The notes beneath the pieces are model-generated. The model was not told the origin of the DNA. It saw only the letters and a program-made list of their open reading frames with translations, and did no database searches. The position numbers and the translations under genes are program-made. Below are positions 25,449-34,175 of a stretch of 64,000 nucleotides of DNA, piece after piece (the first letter of the stretch is position 1; every line of letters begins with the position of its first letter). Origin of the DNA: a virus. The stretch covers positions 1 through 64,000 of the IMG/VR virus record IMGVR_UViG_3300049847_000494. One strand, written 5' to 3'.

Positions 25449-26327
25449 ATGCTAAATATTTTTCTATTAGAGGATGATGATGCAGATAGCTTGCTTATAA
25501 GCTTGACACTGAAAAAATCAGGCGTAGATTTTAAGCTAACAACCGCTAAAACCTTAGAACAAGCAAAAGAAACAATAAATACTTGTACGTTCGATTGTGC
25601 TATCCTTGATAATACCTTACCTGATGGTAAGGGTCTTACCCTATTAGATAGCTTACAAGATACACCTTGTATTATGCTAACAGGTTTGGCTGATGAAGCT
25701 TATGCTATCAAGGCAATCCAACAGGGATTGGAAGATTATATTAGTAAAGATTCTATCACGCCTAAAAATCTAATAAAATCTATAACTTATGCAATAGAAC
25801 GTAATACTATTAAAAAGCAGTTAGTGGCTACACAAAAGAAGTTAGACGATTTATCTAAAGCTGATCCACTAACAGGATTGCTAAATAGACGTGGGCTAGA
25901 TGAGGTACTAAACCGTTTAGCTACACGGGATACCTCACATGGTATCATCCTGATTGATATCGATAACTTTAAGACGATCAACGATAACTTTGGATATAAT
26001 GCTGGTGATACAGCTATCAAGTATATAGCAGACAAATTGTCAAAGGAGGTTAGACCCTTTGACATTGTATCACGTGTAGGCGGTGACGAGTTTATTATTC
26101 TTGTACAGAATGTAGATATTACTGCTTGTAAGCTAGTCGCTGAAAGAATCCGATCAGCTATTGCTTTTGAACAGGTCACCAGTGGTGACAATAAATTTAG
26201 TATAACCGTAAGTATAGGAGTATCAACAGTAAACCAAGTTTCAAAAAATATAGAACTATTGTTAAAATTAACACAAAATGCTTTAAAGCAAAGCAAATCC
26301 AAAGGAAAGAATGCCGTCTATGCGTAA
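25449..26327 (+). CDS. REC-GGDEF diguanylate cyclase
   Basis: REC motifs LLEDD, ILDNTLPDG, MLTG; DPLTGLLNRR, DIDNFKTIND, RPFD I-site and GGDEF. Confidence 0.95.
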   Translation: MLNIFLLEDDDADSLLISLTLKKSGVDFKLTTAKTLEQAKETINTCTFDCAILDNTLPDGKGLTLLDSLQDTPCIMLTGLADEAYAIKAIQQGLEDYISKDSITPKNLIKSITYAIERNTIKKQLVATQKKLDDLSKADPLTGLLNRRGLDEVLNRLATRDTSHGIILIDIDNFKTINDNFGYNAGDTAIKYIADKLSKEVRPFDIVSRVGGDEFIILVQNVDITACKLVAERIRSAIAFEQVTSGDNKFSITVSIGVSTVNQVSKNIELLLKLTQNALKQSKSKGKNAVYA

Positions 26328-26775
26328 TATATTAAGTACTATTAAACTTTTTCTAGGGTTCAAACCAAAGAAGACAGTAGCTAAGACCTATATTGATTTT
26401 GTAACCCATTTAGAAAAAACTTTACCTCATAAAGATAGTTATGTTATGCTGACTCAGCATTCTTTAGAATATGGGTTATTAACTAATAAGTTTATTCTTG
26501 TTGAAAAACCTAATAATAAGTTTGTTCTTTCCTTTTTTATCCTATCAGACCCCCAGTTTGTTGCTTTGGTATATGGTTCAGCCTTAGAATACTTTAATAA
26601 AAAGAATCTTGAGTTGCAAGCTTCTTTTGTCTACAAACTTGATGGTAGTATTTGTCTAACAACTGATCCTAACTTTCGTAAGGTCTACGAAAGTCTATTG
26701 ACACCTGGTAAGGTTTACGATAGTCTATCAACTGTACCAACGACACAACCAGTAAAAAAGTCAGAAATGAACTAA
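26311..26775 (+). CDS. Hypothetical protein
   Basis: ORF in the operon; start may be ATG 26320. Confidence 0.6.
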   Translation: MPSMRNILSTIKLFLGFKPKKTVAKTYIDFVTHLEKTLPHKDSYVMLTQHSLEYGLLTNKFILVEKPNNKFVLSFFILSDPQFVALVYGSALEYFNKKNLELQASFVYKLDGSICLTTDPNFRKVYESLLTPGKVYDSLSTVPTTQPVKKSEMN

Positions 26776-26787
26776 AGAGGAATCTAT

Positions 26788-27198
26788 ATGAATGCAAATA
26801 ATGAAAAGATCCTGTTTACTTATATTCAAGACAAAAATGAACCTTTGCGGGTCCTAACCGTTGCTAGGCAACGTATTGAAAATACTATTTACTTTTCTTA
26901 TTGCATTAATAAGGTAGCTACTGACATCAATAGGAATACACGAGAAAGTTATAAGAATTATACTATCCTAACCCAGAAAAAAGAAATTGCAGTGTTTGAT
27001 TTCCACAACAAAAAGCGTGCTAGGGAGATCGTGACAGGTAGGCTCAAATCGGAATCTAATAACTATTCTGTTACACTCCAAGGCGGCGAAAGCCCCCTAA
27101 CTGCTGTGTTGTATGCACTTATGACTGAGCATCATCATAAACATGTAAGTAAAATTGCTAAACAAGCTGTAGAAGCTGGTTTCGGTTTACCTAAGTAA
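26788..27198 (+). CDS. Hypothetical protein (136 aa)
   Basis: SD AGAGG. Confidence 0.7.
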   Translation: MNANNEKILFTYIQDKNEPLRVLTVARQRIENTIYFSYCINKVATDINRNTRESYKNYTILTQKKEIAVFDFHNKKRAREIVTGRLKSESNNYSVTLQGGESPLTAVLYALMTEHHHKHVSKIAKQAVEAGFGLPK

Positions 27199-27200
27199 CT

Positions 27201-27524
27201 ATGATTCAACTAACCCAACGAGCCACAGAAAAAATACTAGAGATTAGATCTACTGAAAACCTTGGTGACCAAGGACTAAGACTTAAAGTCATTGGAGGGG
27301 GTTGCTCCGGATTTCAGTATGATCTCCACTTTGAAGATACAGTAGCAGATACTGATGAAGTATTAAGCTTTAATAACATAGATCTTTATGTAGACATGAT
27401 TAGTTTCCAGTATCTGGATGAAACTACAATAGATTATATTGATGAATTGTACGGGTCAGGTTTTAAATTTTTGAATCCCAAAGCTAAAGCAACGTGTGGT
27501 TGCGGTTCCAGTTTTAATGTTTAG
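27201..27524 (+). CDS. A-type Fe-S cluster carrier (IscA/ErpA/HesB family)
   Basis: GGGCSGFQY and NP...TCGCGSSF. Confidence 0.93.
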   Translation: MIQLTQRATEKILEIRSTENLGDQGLRLKVIGGGCSGFQYDLHFEDTVADTDEVLSFNNIDLYVDMISFQYLDETTIDYIDELYGSGFKFLNPKAKATCGCGSSFNV

Positions 27525-27533
27525 GAGTTAAAA

Positions 27534-27983
27534 ATGCCAGAAAAATGTATGAAATGTGGGCATAATCTAACGGTACTTTTTTATACTAAAGATTGTGGTA
27601 GGTGTTCGAATAAAACATCTGAATGGTTTTATCATGGATACGTGCTATGGACAATTGTACCGGATCAGGTATGGGATGTACAAGAACATCCAGTTTTTAA
27701 ATCAGCTGAAGAAGTAGGAAAATGGTGGAAGTCCAATCAGACTTATTTAGCCAGTTTTATGGAAGTTAGAGAAGTTCTATCAAATGAACCTTTTGAATGG
27801 ATTCCTATGACATACTTCAACTGTGAAGTAGCCGATACTCGCTATAAAGTTACATCAAAGTTAACAAAAGAAAAACCTGCTAAACCAACAGTAATAATCA
27901 TACCTGCTGATGTACTCCTCCCGGAGGGGGAGAAAGTACTGCTGAATAAAGAAGACCGCAAAGCATTGGGAATAGAAGAATGA
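27534..27983 (+). CDS. Hypothetical protein with N-terminal CxxC..CxxC
   Basis: SD AGGAG; CMKC and CGRC. Confidence 0.7.
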   Translation: MPEKCMKCGHNLTVLFYTKDCGRCSNKTSEWFYHGYVLWTIVPDQVWDVQEHPVFKSAEEVGKWWKSNQTYLASFMEVREVLSNEPFEWIPMTYFNCEVADTRYKVTSKLTKEKPAKPTVIIIPADVLLPEGEKVLLNKEDRKALGIEE

Positions 27984-28438
27984 AATATATAATTTTATTA
28001 GTAGCTTTAGTAACTGGCTGTCATAACTTAAACAAATCACAGGATAATGACGTTTTCCAAGCTGTTATACGATCTTGGGAAGCTACTGGTATGATGGATG
28101 CATCTGGCTGCTTAGACGATACACATGTCCAAGTAGTATCTGATATTTCGTTTGCTACAGTTTGTGGGCAAACTACAAATCTATCCTTAGGTTGCTTCAG
28201 GGAAGAAACTAAAAATAGATTTTTTAGTAAAACAAAAGTTTTTTATATCAGTGAAAAGGTACAACAAAAGTGGCGTGACTATATACTCACACAATTAGCC
28301 TTACATGCTATGTGTGAGTGTACAGCTACAAGTCATAATGATAGACAAGATAGTCTAATGTTCCGCCCTAAGGTATGGATGGTTAACAGTAGAGAAGCCA
28401 GTGTAGAAGCTATGGCATATCGACGATTAGGGTATTAA
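27980..28438 (+). CDS. Putative lipoprotein (152 aa)
   Basis: MKYIILLVALVTGC signal peptide with lipobox; ATGA overlap. Confidence 0.65.
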   Translation: MKYIILLVALVTGCHNLNKSQDNDVFQAVIRSWEATGMMDASGCLDDTHVQVVSDISFATVCGQTTNLSLGCFREETKNRFFSKTKVFYISEKVQQKWRDYILTQLALHAMCECTATSHNDRQDSLMFRPKVWMVNSREASVEAMAYRRLGY

Positions 28439-28487
28439 TTGGTAACAGGTATCTTGTAAAGAGTAGATATGCCTACGGGAGCTTACT

Positions 28488-29543
28488 TTGATTAAATACA
28501 TTGGTTCAAAAAGACTACTGATACCACTAATAACCGAGACTATAGCTACTATACAAGCAACAGGTACAGTACTTGACCTATTTTCAGGTACATCAAGAGT
28601 AGGTCATGCTTTAAAGAAAGCTGACTATCGTGTAGTTGCTAATGATCATAATAGCTATGCTGCTATAATAGGTCGATGTTACGTGCAAGCTGATTATGAG
28701 GATCACATCAAAGATGCTACAAAACTAGTAAAAGAGTTTAACCTAATGTCAGGTATACCAGGCTACTTCACAGAAACTTTTTGTGAAAAAAGCAGGTTTT
28801 TCCAGCCTAAAAATGGTGCTAAGGTTGATGCTATTCGTGAAGCTATAACAGCTAAAGGCTTAAATCCTGAGCTTGAGGCTATTATGCTGGTTTCACTAAT
28901 GGAAGCCGCTGATAGAGTTGATAGTACTACTGGGGTACAGATGGCTTACCTAAAACAGTGGGCTAGCCGGTCATTTACTGACCTGGAACTACGTGTACCT
29001 GATATCCTCCCCAAGGCTAAAGCTGGTAAATCTGAAGCACACCAGTTAGATGCCATTATAGCAGCTTCTAAGCTTGAGGCTGATATAGCCTATATTGACC
29101 CACCGTATAACCAGCATAAATACTTAGGTAACTACCATATCTGGGAATCCCTGGTGCTATGGGATAAGCCTAAAGTTTACGGTATTGCATGTAAAAGGGT
29201 AGATGTTAGGGACAGGTCAAGTGACTTTAACTCGAAAGTTAGGGCGCGTGCTGCATTAAGCTCAGTACTTAAAAATAGTAAAGCTAAACATTTAGTAGTA
29301 TCTTTTAATGATGAAGGTTATTTTAGCAAAGATGAAATAGAATCAATGCTTAGCTTTCATAAATATGTAGTTACTATTGAACAAAACTTCAATAGGTATG
29401 TAGGCGCAAAAATTGGCATACATAATATGGATGGTAAAAAAGTTGGCAAAGTAAGCCATACTAAAAACTTAGAATACGTTTATGTAGCTACTTCTGATAA
29501 GCAGGTTGCAGCGAAAATAACTAAACTTAAGTCAAGTAAATGA
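28488..29543 (+). CDS. N6-adenine DNA methyltransferase (alpha/D12-like)
   Basis: KYIGSK, DLFSGT (motif I), YIDPPY (motif IV); SD GGGAG. Confidence 0.9.
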   Translation: MIKYIGSKRLLIPLITETIATIQATGTVLDLFSGTSRVGHALKKADYRVVANDHNSYAAIIGRCYVQADYEDHIKDATKLVKEFNLMSGIPGYFTETFCEKSRFFQPKNGAKVDAIREAITAKGLNPELEAIMLVSLMEAADRVDSTTGVQMAYLKQWASRSFTDLELRVPDILPKAKAGKSEAHQLDAIIAASKLEADIAYIDPPYNQHKYLGNYHIWESLVLWDKPKVYGIACKRVDVRDRSSDFNSKVRARAALSSVLKNSKAKHLVVSFNDEGYFSKDEIESMLSFHKYVVTIEQNFNRYVGAKIGIHNMDGKKVGKVSHTKNLEYVYVATSDKQVAAKITKLKSSK

Positions 29544-30292
29544 ACCAAAAAACATTTGGACTATCCGTTACTGGGTCTACAGTCGAAGCTATAGCTACTG
29601 GGAAAGCTTTTGAAAAAACTGTAGAATCTTTTAGAGATCACTTAAATAAAGATATTTTTCTTTTCACTAACAACTTAAATGAGTTACCTATATCAATTAA
29701 GTATGGGATAAAGCAGTTCTTTGCCTTATCGTCGAAAGAGCTTCTTAGCTCTAAACCGATAGAACCTAAACTTGGTGATATTGTTAAATCTGATTCTAAT
29801 GGTATAGTAGAAACATATACCATTAATGGATGGAAAGTTTGTAAAGAAGGTATACTACCGGATCATATACTTCTATGTAAACAAACCTCGAAAGCGGTAT
29901 TAATTGAAGTTAAATACGGTGATACAGAAGGTAATGCTCATATTGAAAGAGCTGGAGCCAGAGCAACACCACAGTTTTTAAATGCAGTTAATTATGTTTT
30001 TAGTGGCAAAGTAAGATACTTGTACATTTTCGGTGGTCCTATGGTCACAGCTAAACATGATATAGATCTTACACCGAAAGTAGCTTATAGAGGTTTAAAA
30101 GCAGGAGAAGTAATACAAGACCCGAATTACAGAAGACTCAAGTCTATCAAGTACAGAAGACAAATTGAAGTTTTGTTTGGATCAGGAGTTAGCTCCATAC
30201 ATTGGAATACCATACTATGGGATGACTATGGTATGGAAAACTTAGTTAGACTGTTTGATACTGAATTAAGTAGTTGGCTTACTTCTACCTAA
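29540..30292 (+). CDS. PD-(D/E)xK nuclease, putative type II restriction endonuclease (EcoRI/MunI-like)
   Basis: LPD..(12 aa)..IEVK then GNAHIER; ATGA overlap with the MTase. Confidence 0.65.
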   Translation: MNQKTFGLSVTGSTVEAIATGKAFEKTVESFRDHLNKDIFLFTNNLNELPISIKYGIKQFFALSSKELLSSKPIEPKLGDIVKSDSNGIVETYTINGWKVCKEGILPDHILLCKQTSKAVLIEVKYGDTEGNAHIERAGARATPQFLNAVNYVFSGKVRYLYIFGGPMVTAKHDIDLTPKVAYRGLKAGEVIQDPNYRRLKSIKYRRQIEVLFGSGVSSIHWNTILWDDYGMENLVRLFDTELSSWLTST

Positions 30293-30747
30293 AGATACCC
30301 TTTTTGACGTAGATCACTTATAACCAGGGATTCTACGTACTTAGCAATACTTACTTTTTTGCCGTTAGCTCGTATACCACTAACAAGGGTTTTTAGTCTA
30401 CCATGGACTAAGGGATCCAAGTCTAGTTCTATACGAGTTTTTGCTTTTTTCTGTCCAGTACTTTTAGCTACTGTAACAGCTTGTAATATTTCACGGACTA
30501 CACCATGGAACCTAGTGCGTTGTGCTACATCAGAGAATAATGTGTCGCATATATCAGAAGCTTCACCACTCTTACCTGTTTCTTGTAGCTGGGCTACCCG
30601 ATGGGCTGTGTTATGGCAGTTAGCACAAAGCCACACCAGGTTAGAGGCTTCATCACCACCACCTGCCATTCTAGGGCGTTCATGATGAACATGGCACGTA
30701 GATTTAGGGAATATACTGCCATGCACATAACATTTAACTGTTGACAT
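30289..30747 (-). CDS. HNH endonuclease-domain protein
   Basis: HVHHERPRMAGGGDEASNLVWLCANCH; possible ribbon-helix-helix at the C-terminus. Confidence 0.8.
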   Translation of the reverse strand: MSTVKCYVHGSIFPKSTCHVHHERPRMAGGGDEASNLVWLCANCHNTAHRVAQLQETGKSGEASDICDTLFSDVAQRTRFHGVVREILQAVTVAKSTGQKKAKTRIELDLDPLVHGRLKTLVSGIRANGKKVSIAKYVESLVISDLRQKGYL

Positions 30748-30748
30748 A

Positions 30749-30940
30749 CTAAAAATCTATAATTTTGTCATCGTTTATGACTTCGTCAATGAAACCCATA
30801 TCCTTCATAGCCGTATAATATAGAGTAAAAGCTCTACGCAAAACATCAGCTTTACTACTTTTAGTTTGTAAGGCTATAGCTTGCAGCCCTACATACATCT
30901 CGGGTGACATATTTAAGGATATATACTTTTTATTTTTCAT
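30749..30940 (-). CDS. Ribbon-helix-helix (CopG-like) DNA-binding protein
   Basis: ISLNMSPEMYVGLQAIA...SKADVLRRA. Confidence 0.65.
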   Translation of the reverse strand: MKNKKYISLNMSPEMYVGLQAIALQTKSSKADVLRRAFTLYYTAMKDMGFIDEVINDDKIIDF

Positions 30941-31934
30941 TTAGTTTTTCTTTTACACGATTTTCACGAGCTTCGTAGACAGAAACTATACGCTGGACAA
31001 CAGGGTGCCGGACAACATCTTGAGCTGTAAAATGGGTTATAGCTACGCTGGGTTCCTCCTTTAAGAGGTAAATAGCGTCCTCTAAACCATTCCGCTGATT
31101 ATTATATAGCTCAAGATCAACTTGTGAACAATCCCCATTAATAACCATTTTTGAACCTGCACCCATACGGGTAAGGAACATCTTCATCTGCTCAACGGTC
31201 GTATTCTGAGCTTCATCCAAAATGATAAAGGAGTTGTTCAAGCTGCGACCCCTAAGAAAAGCTAGGGGGGCAACTTCAATTATACCTGTTTTTATCATGT
31301 CCTGATACTTTTCAGTATCTACCATATCATCTAGAGCATCATATAGTGGTCTAAGGTAGGGATTAATCTTCTCAGCTAAGTCACCAGGAAGGAAACCAAG
31401 CTTCTCACCAGCTTCAACAGCTGGTCGACACAGGATGATTTTACGAACATCACCAGCAAAAAAAGACTCAATAGCACAAGCCATAGCAAGCCAACTCTTG
31501 CCACTACCCGCCAGACCCACACCAAAGGTAACATCATAGGTGTTTATGTTTTTAATGTACTCAGCTTGGTTATCGGTTTTTGGTACGATCACCTTTTTAG
31601 GTGTTCGTACTGAACCAGCTTTGCGTGGTACCTTAATAGTGTCTATTGTTCCAACTTGGTGGATACACTTTGTAACATCACCTGTTTCAATATTCTTACC
31701 AGATTCGGCTAAAGCTAATAAAGCAGCAAACACACCCTCAGCTGCGATTACACCAGCTGGTTGACCAGAAAGCTTTACAAGATTACCTCGTAACCATATT
31801 TTTATCTTAAAAGCTTTTTTGATAATCTTTACATTCGAGTCGTTTGGTCCTAAGACTTGTAATAATAAGTTGTTATCCGGTATTTCTAAATCTGTATACT
31901 TAGGTTCAGCCGCTAAACTTATTTTTCTAGTCAT
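30930..31934 (-). CDS. phoH: PhoH family ATPase with N-terminal KH-like region
   Basis: GLAGSGKS, RPAVEAGEKLGFLPG, RGRSL, ILDEAQN, VVRHPVV. Confidence 0.95.
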   Translation of the reverse strand: MTRKISLAAEPKYTDLEIPDNNLLLQVLGPNDSNVKIIKKAFKIKIWLRGNLVKLSGQPAGVIAAEGVFAALLALAESGKNIETGDVTKCIHQVGTIDTIKVPRKAGSVRTPKKVIVPKTDNQAEYIKNINTYDVTFGVGLAGSGKSWLAMACAIESFFAGDVRKIILCRPAVEAGEKLGFLPGDLAEKINPYLRPLYDALDDMVDTEKYQDMIKTGIIEVAPLAFLRGRSLNNSFIILDEAQNTTVEQMKMFLTRMGAGSKMVINGDCSQVDLELYNNQRNGLEDAIYLLKEEPSVAITHFTAQDVVRHPVVQRIVSVYEARENRVKEKLNEK

Positions 31935-31984
31935 TATATGGAAGTGTCCTGACGCTAGGCTTTGTTAGGTAAGACTACTTAAGA

Positions 31985-32179
31985 CTAATCTTCACCATTG
32001 TAAGGCGGTCTCAATGATCCATCAAGATTATGAATACCAGCAGCAACAGAGGAAAGAAAAACATCCCTAGGTGTCATAGCAGCTACACGATTCATGAACC
32101 TAGCGTGAGCCTCAGCATTAGGATTAGCACGAGGTTTTAAATTTCGCCAAAAGTCCAATATTTCCTTAGGTATGGTCAT
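31985..32179 (-). CDS. Hypothetical protein (64 aa)
   Basis: Overlaps the upstream stop codon. Confidence 0.55.
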   Translation of the reverse strand: MTIPKEILDFWRNLKPRANPNAEAHARFMNRVAAMTPRDVFLSSVAAGIHNLDGSLRPPYNGED

Positions 32180-33246
32180 TTAATAATCTGAGAAATACCA
32201 ACTATATGCCGAGTAAGCTTACCATGCTCCTTATGCCATATGTCACAAACTAACTCTCTACCTGATCTATAACCTTTAGAGTTATGCCAAGCATCCTTAG
32301 CAGCAAGAGTTCTGAAGGTCTCCACCATACACCCAGGATATTCCCTTGAAATTAGCGAGTGTAAATGCCCGAGATACCATTGTCGAGTGGTATTTGTACT
32401 TCGAGCCCAAGCATCTTTCTTATCGGTTGCCATTAAAAGTGGTAAATTTTCGGGTTTGACATTATGACCGTGATGTACAGCTAATAAACACTTACCAAAC
32501 TCAAACCAATGAAATGGTGTAGGTGCTGTATCAATAAAAACTCGTGGGTTATTTTGATAATGATGAGCTAAACATAGGCTAAGCATGGAAGATGAATAAT
32601 TGTCATGGTTTCCTATGGAATTTATTAAAGTTACTTTCTTATGCTTCTCAAGCGCACAATTGATACACTGAATCATTATATTAATACCAATCCGCATTAC
32701 TTTAGCCCAACGGGAATCAACATCTAGTTGAGCACCACTTTGTTCTGTTCTAGCCGCGTTATTATCAGCATGAAAGAAGTCACCAAGGTTTATAAGTAAA
32801 GCTTGCTCACTAGCCGGAGCTAAACCAACAAGTTTATTAATAGCTGCTACTAAAGTTTCTTCAGCAATCTTAAGGTCAAAATCTTCCCCAGCTTCATCTT
32901 TCCAAGCTAACATACCAATGTGAGCATCACCAATAACGTAGGTTGCAAGAAGATCTTCATTATGATCTTTTTCTACCAGTTTGATTTCAGGTGCTACTTT
33001 AATATCTCTTTCAGCCATAGCTACTTGGAAAGCATCAAGGATAGCTTGTGGGTCTTCTAAGCTTTTTTGTGTTTTAACCCAAGTTTGGGTTACGTTGCCA
33101 TCTTTATTAATTAGGGTACTAACCCCCCTTAGGTGGTAACCCAAAGGGGCTTGGTAGTTATGTAGTGCGGGATCTTTCTTAGCTTGACGCCGTGCATAAG
33201 CTTGAGCAATAATATCATCTGCTGTAAGTTTAGGATTAACTTTCAT
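32176..33246 (-). CDS. Calcineurin-like metallophosphoesterase
   Basis: GDAHIG, LGDFFH, GNHD, HHGH, GHLH. Confidence 0.85.
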   Translation of the reverse strand: MKVNPKLTADDIIAQAYARRQAKKDPALHNYQAPLGYHLRGVSTLINKDGNVTQTWVKTQKSLEDPQAILDAFQVAMAERDIKVAPEIKLVEKDHNEDLLATYVIGDAHIGMLAWKDEAGEDFDLKIAEETLVAAINKLVGLAPASEQALLINLGDFFHADNNAARTEQSGAQLDVDSRWAKVMRIGINIMIQCINCALEKHKKVTLINSIGNHDNYSSSMLSLCLAHHYQNNPRVFIDTAPTPFHWFEFGKCLLAVHHGHNVKPENLPLLMATDKKDAWARSTNTTRQWYLGHLHSLISREYPGCMVETFRTLAAKDAWHNSKGYRSGRELVCDIWHKEHGKLTRHIVGISQIIK

Positions 33247-33385
33247 TTTAACCTTTAGCTAAGAAATTGTATTTAAACGAGAGCTACACAAATATCTGGC
33301 TTTAAGCAATTTTATTTAAAGCTACAAGAACCAATTAAAACTGCTTAAAACCAGCTAGCCTCTTCAGCTAACTAGCTTTATTTAC

Positions 33386-33904
33386 TTAGAGGGAAAGTGT
33401 ACGTCCAAAGTTAGCCTTTAGCAGCCTGTTGAGGCTTGAAGTTGAACCTACATCAAGGCTGTAGTCATTATTAAGCTTAGAAATTACTTCCTGACGAGTT
33501 ACCCTCTTTGAGGCGTCTTTTGCTTTATCATTATTCCTAAGAGTACGTTCTAGGTATGATAAAGCTTGCTTCGATAACACCCTGCGCTTATTAGGATTGA
33601 CTGCTACCGTTTCATTAGTAAGTTCTGGAGATGCCCCTGTGAATGTACGTCCAAAATTAGCCTTTAGTAGGCTATTCAGCCCCTTGTAAGAACCTGACCA
33701 CCACTTATTATGACTAAGTAGATCTAAAACTTCATCACGGGTTACCTTTTCCACTCGGGAGGTACAAGTGTCGTTATACTGTAGGATCTTCCAGAGCTCA
33801 CTAATAGCTGCCTTAGGTAGATAATAAGGTGAATCCTTTGCTACAGCTAGTGTTACTGGATGGGTTCGGACAGATGAGCACTCTTCGTTCTTTTTCTTGG
33901 ACAT
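33386..33904 (-). CDS. Protein built from two tandem homologous domains (172 aa)
   Basis: ND...VTR.EV...LN.LLKANFGRT occurs twice; SD AAGGAG. Confidence 0.75.
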   Translation of the reverse strand: MSKKKNEECSSVRTHPVTLAVAKDSPYYLPKAAISELWKILQYNDTCTSRVEKVTRDEVLDLLSHNKWWSGSYKGLNSLLKANFGRTFTGASPELTNETVAVNPNKRRVLSKQALSYLERTLRNNDKAKDASKRVTRQEVISKLNNDYSLDVGSTSSLNRLLKANFGRTLSL

Positions 33905-33929
33905 ATAAGACTCCTTAATTGAATGACTA

Positions 33930-34160
33930 CTACACTATAGCCAGACTTCCATCATTTACAAGTTTTTTGAGATTAGGTGAGCTTCTTAATTGTGCAATTG
34001 TTGCGAATTCTAACAAATTGACGGGCTTACGATCTGGTTTGATAACCACATTTCGAACTTTTGCATTTGAATCGGTCCAGTAAATAATAACTTCACCAGA
34101 AATTTTATTCAAAACTGTACAGATACCTTCAGCTAACGATTTCATTAATTTTGCGGACAT
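33930..34160 (-). CDS. Hypothetical protein (76 aa)
   Basis: SD AGGAG; downstream of the tape-measure-like gene. Confidence 0.7.
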   Translation of the reverse strand: MSAKLMKSLAEGICTVLNKISGEVIIYWTDSNAKVRNVVIKPDRKPVNLLEFATIAQLRSSPNLKKLVNDGSLAIV

Positions 34161-34175
34161 TATATCTCCTAGTAT

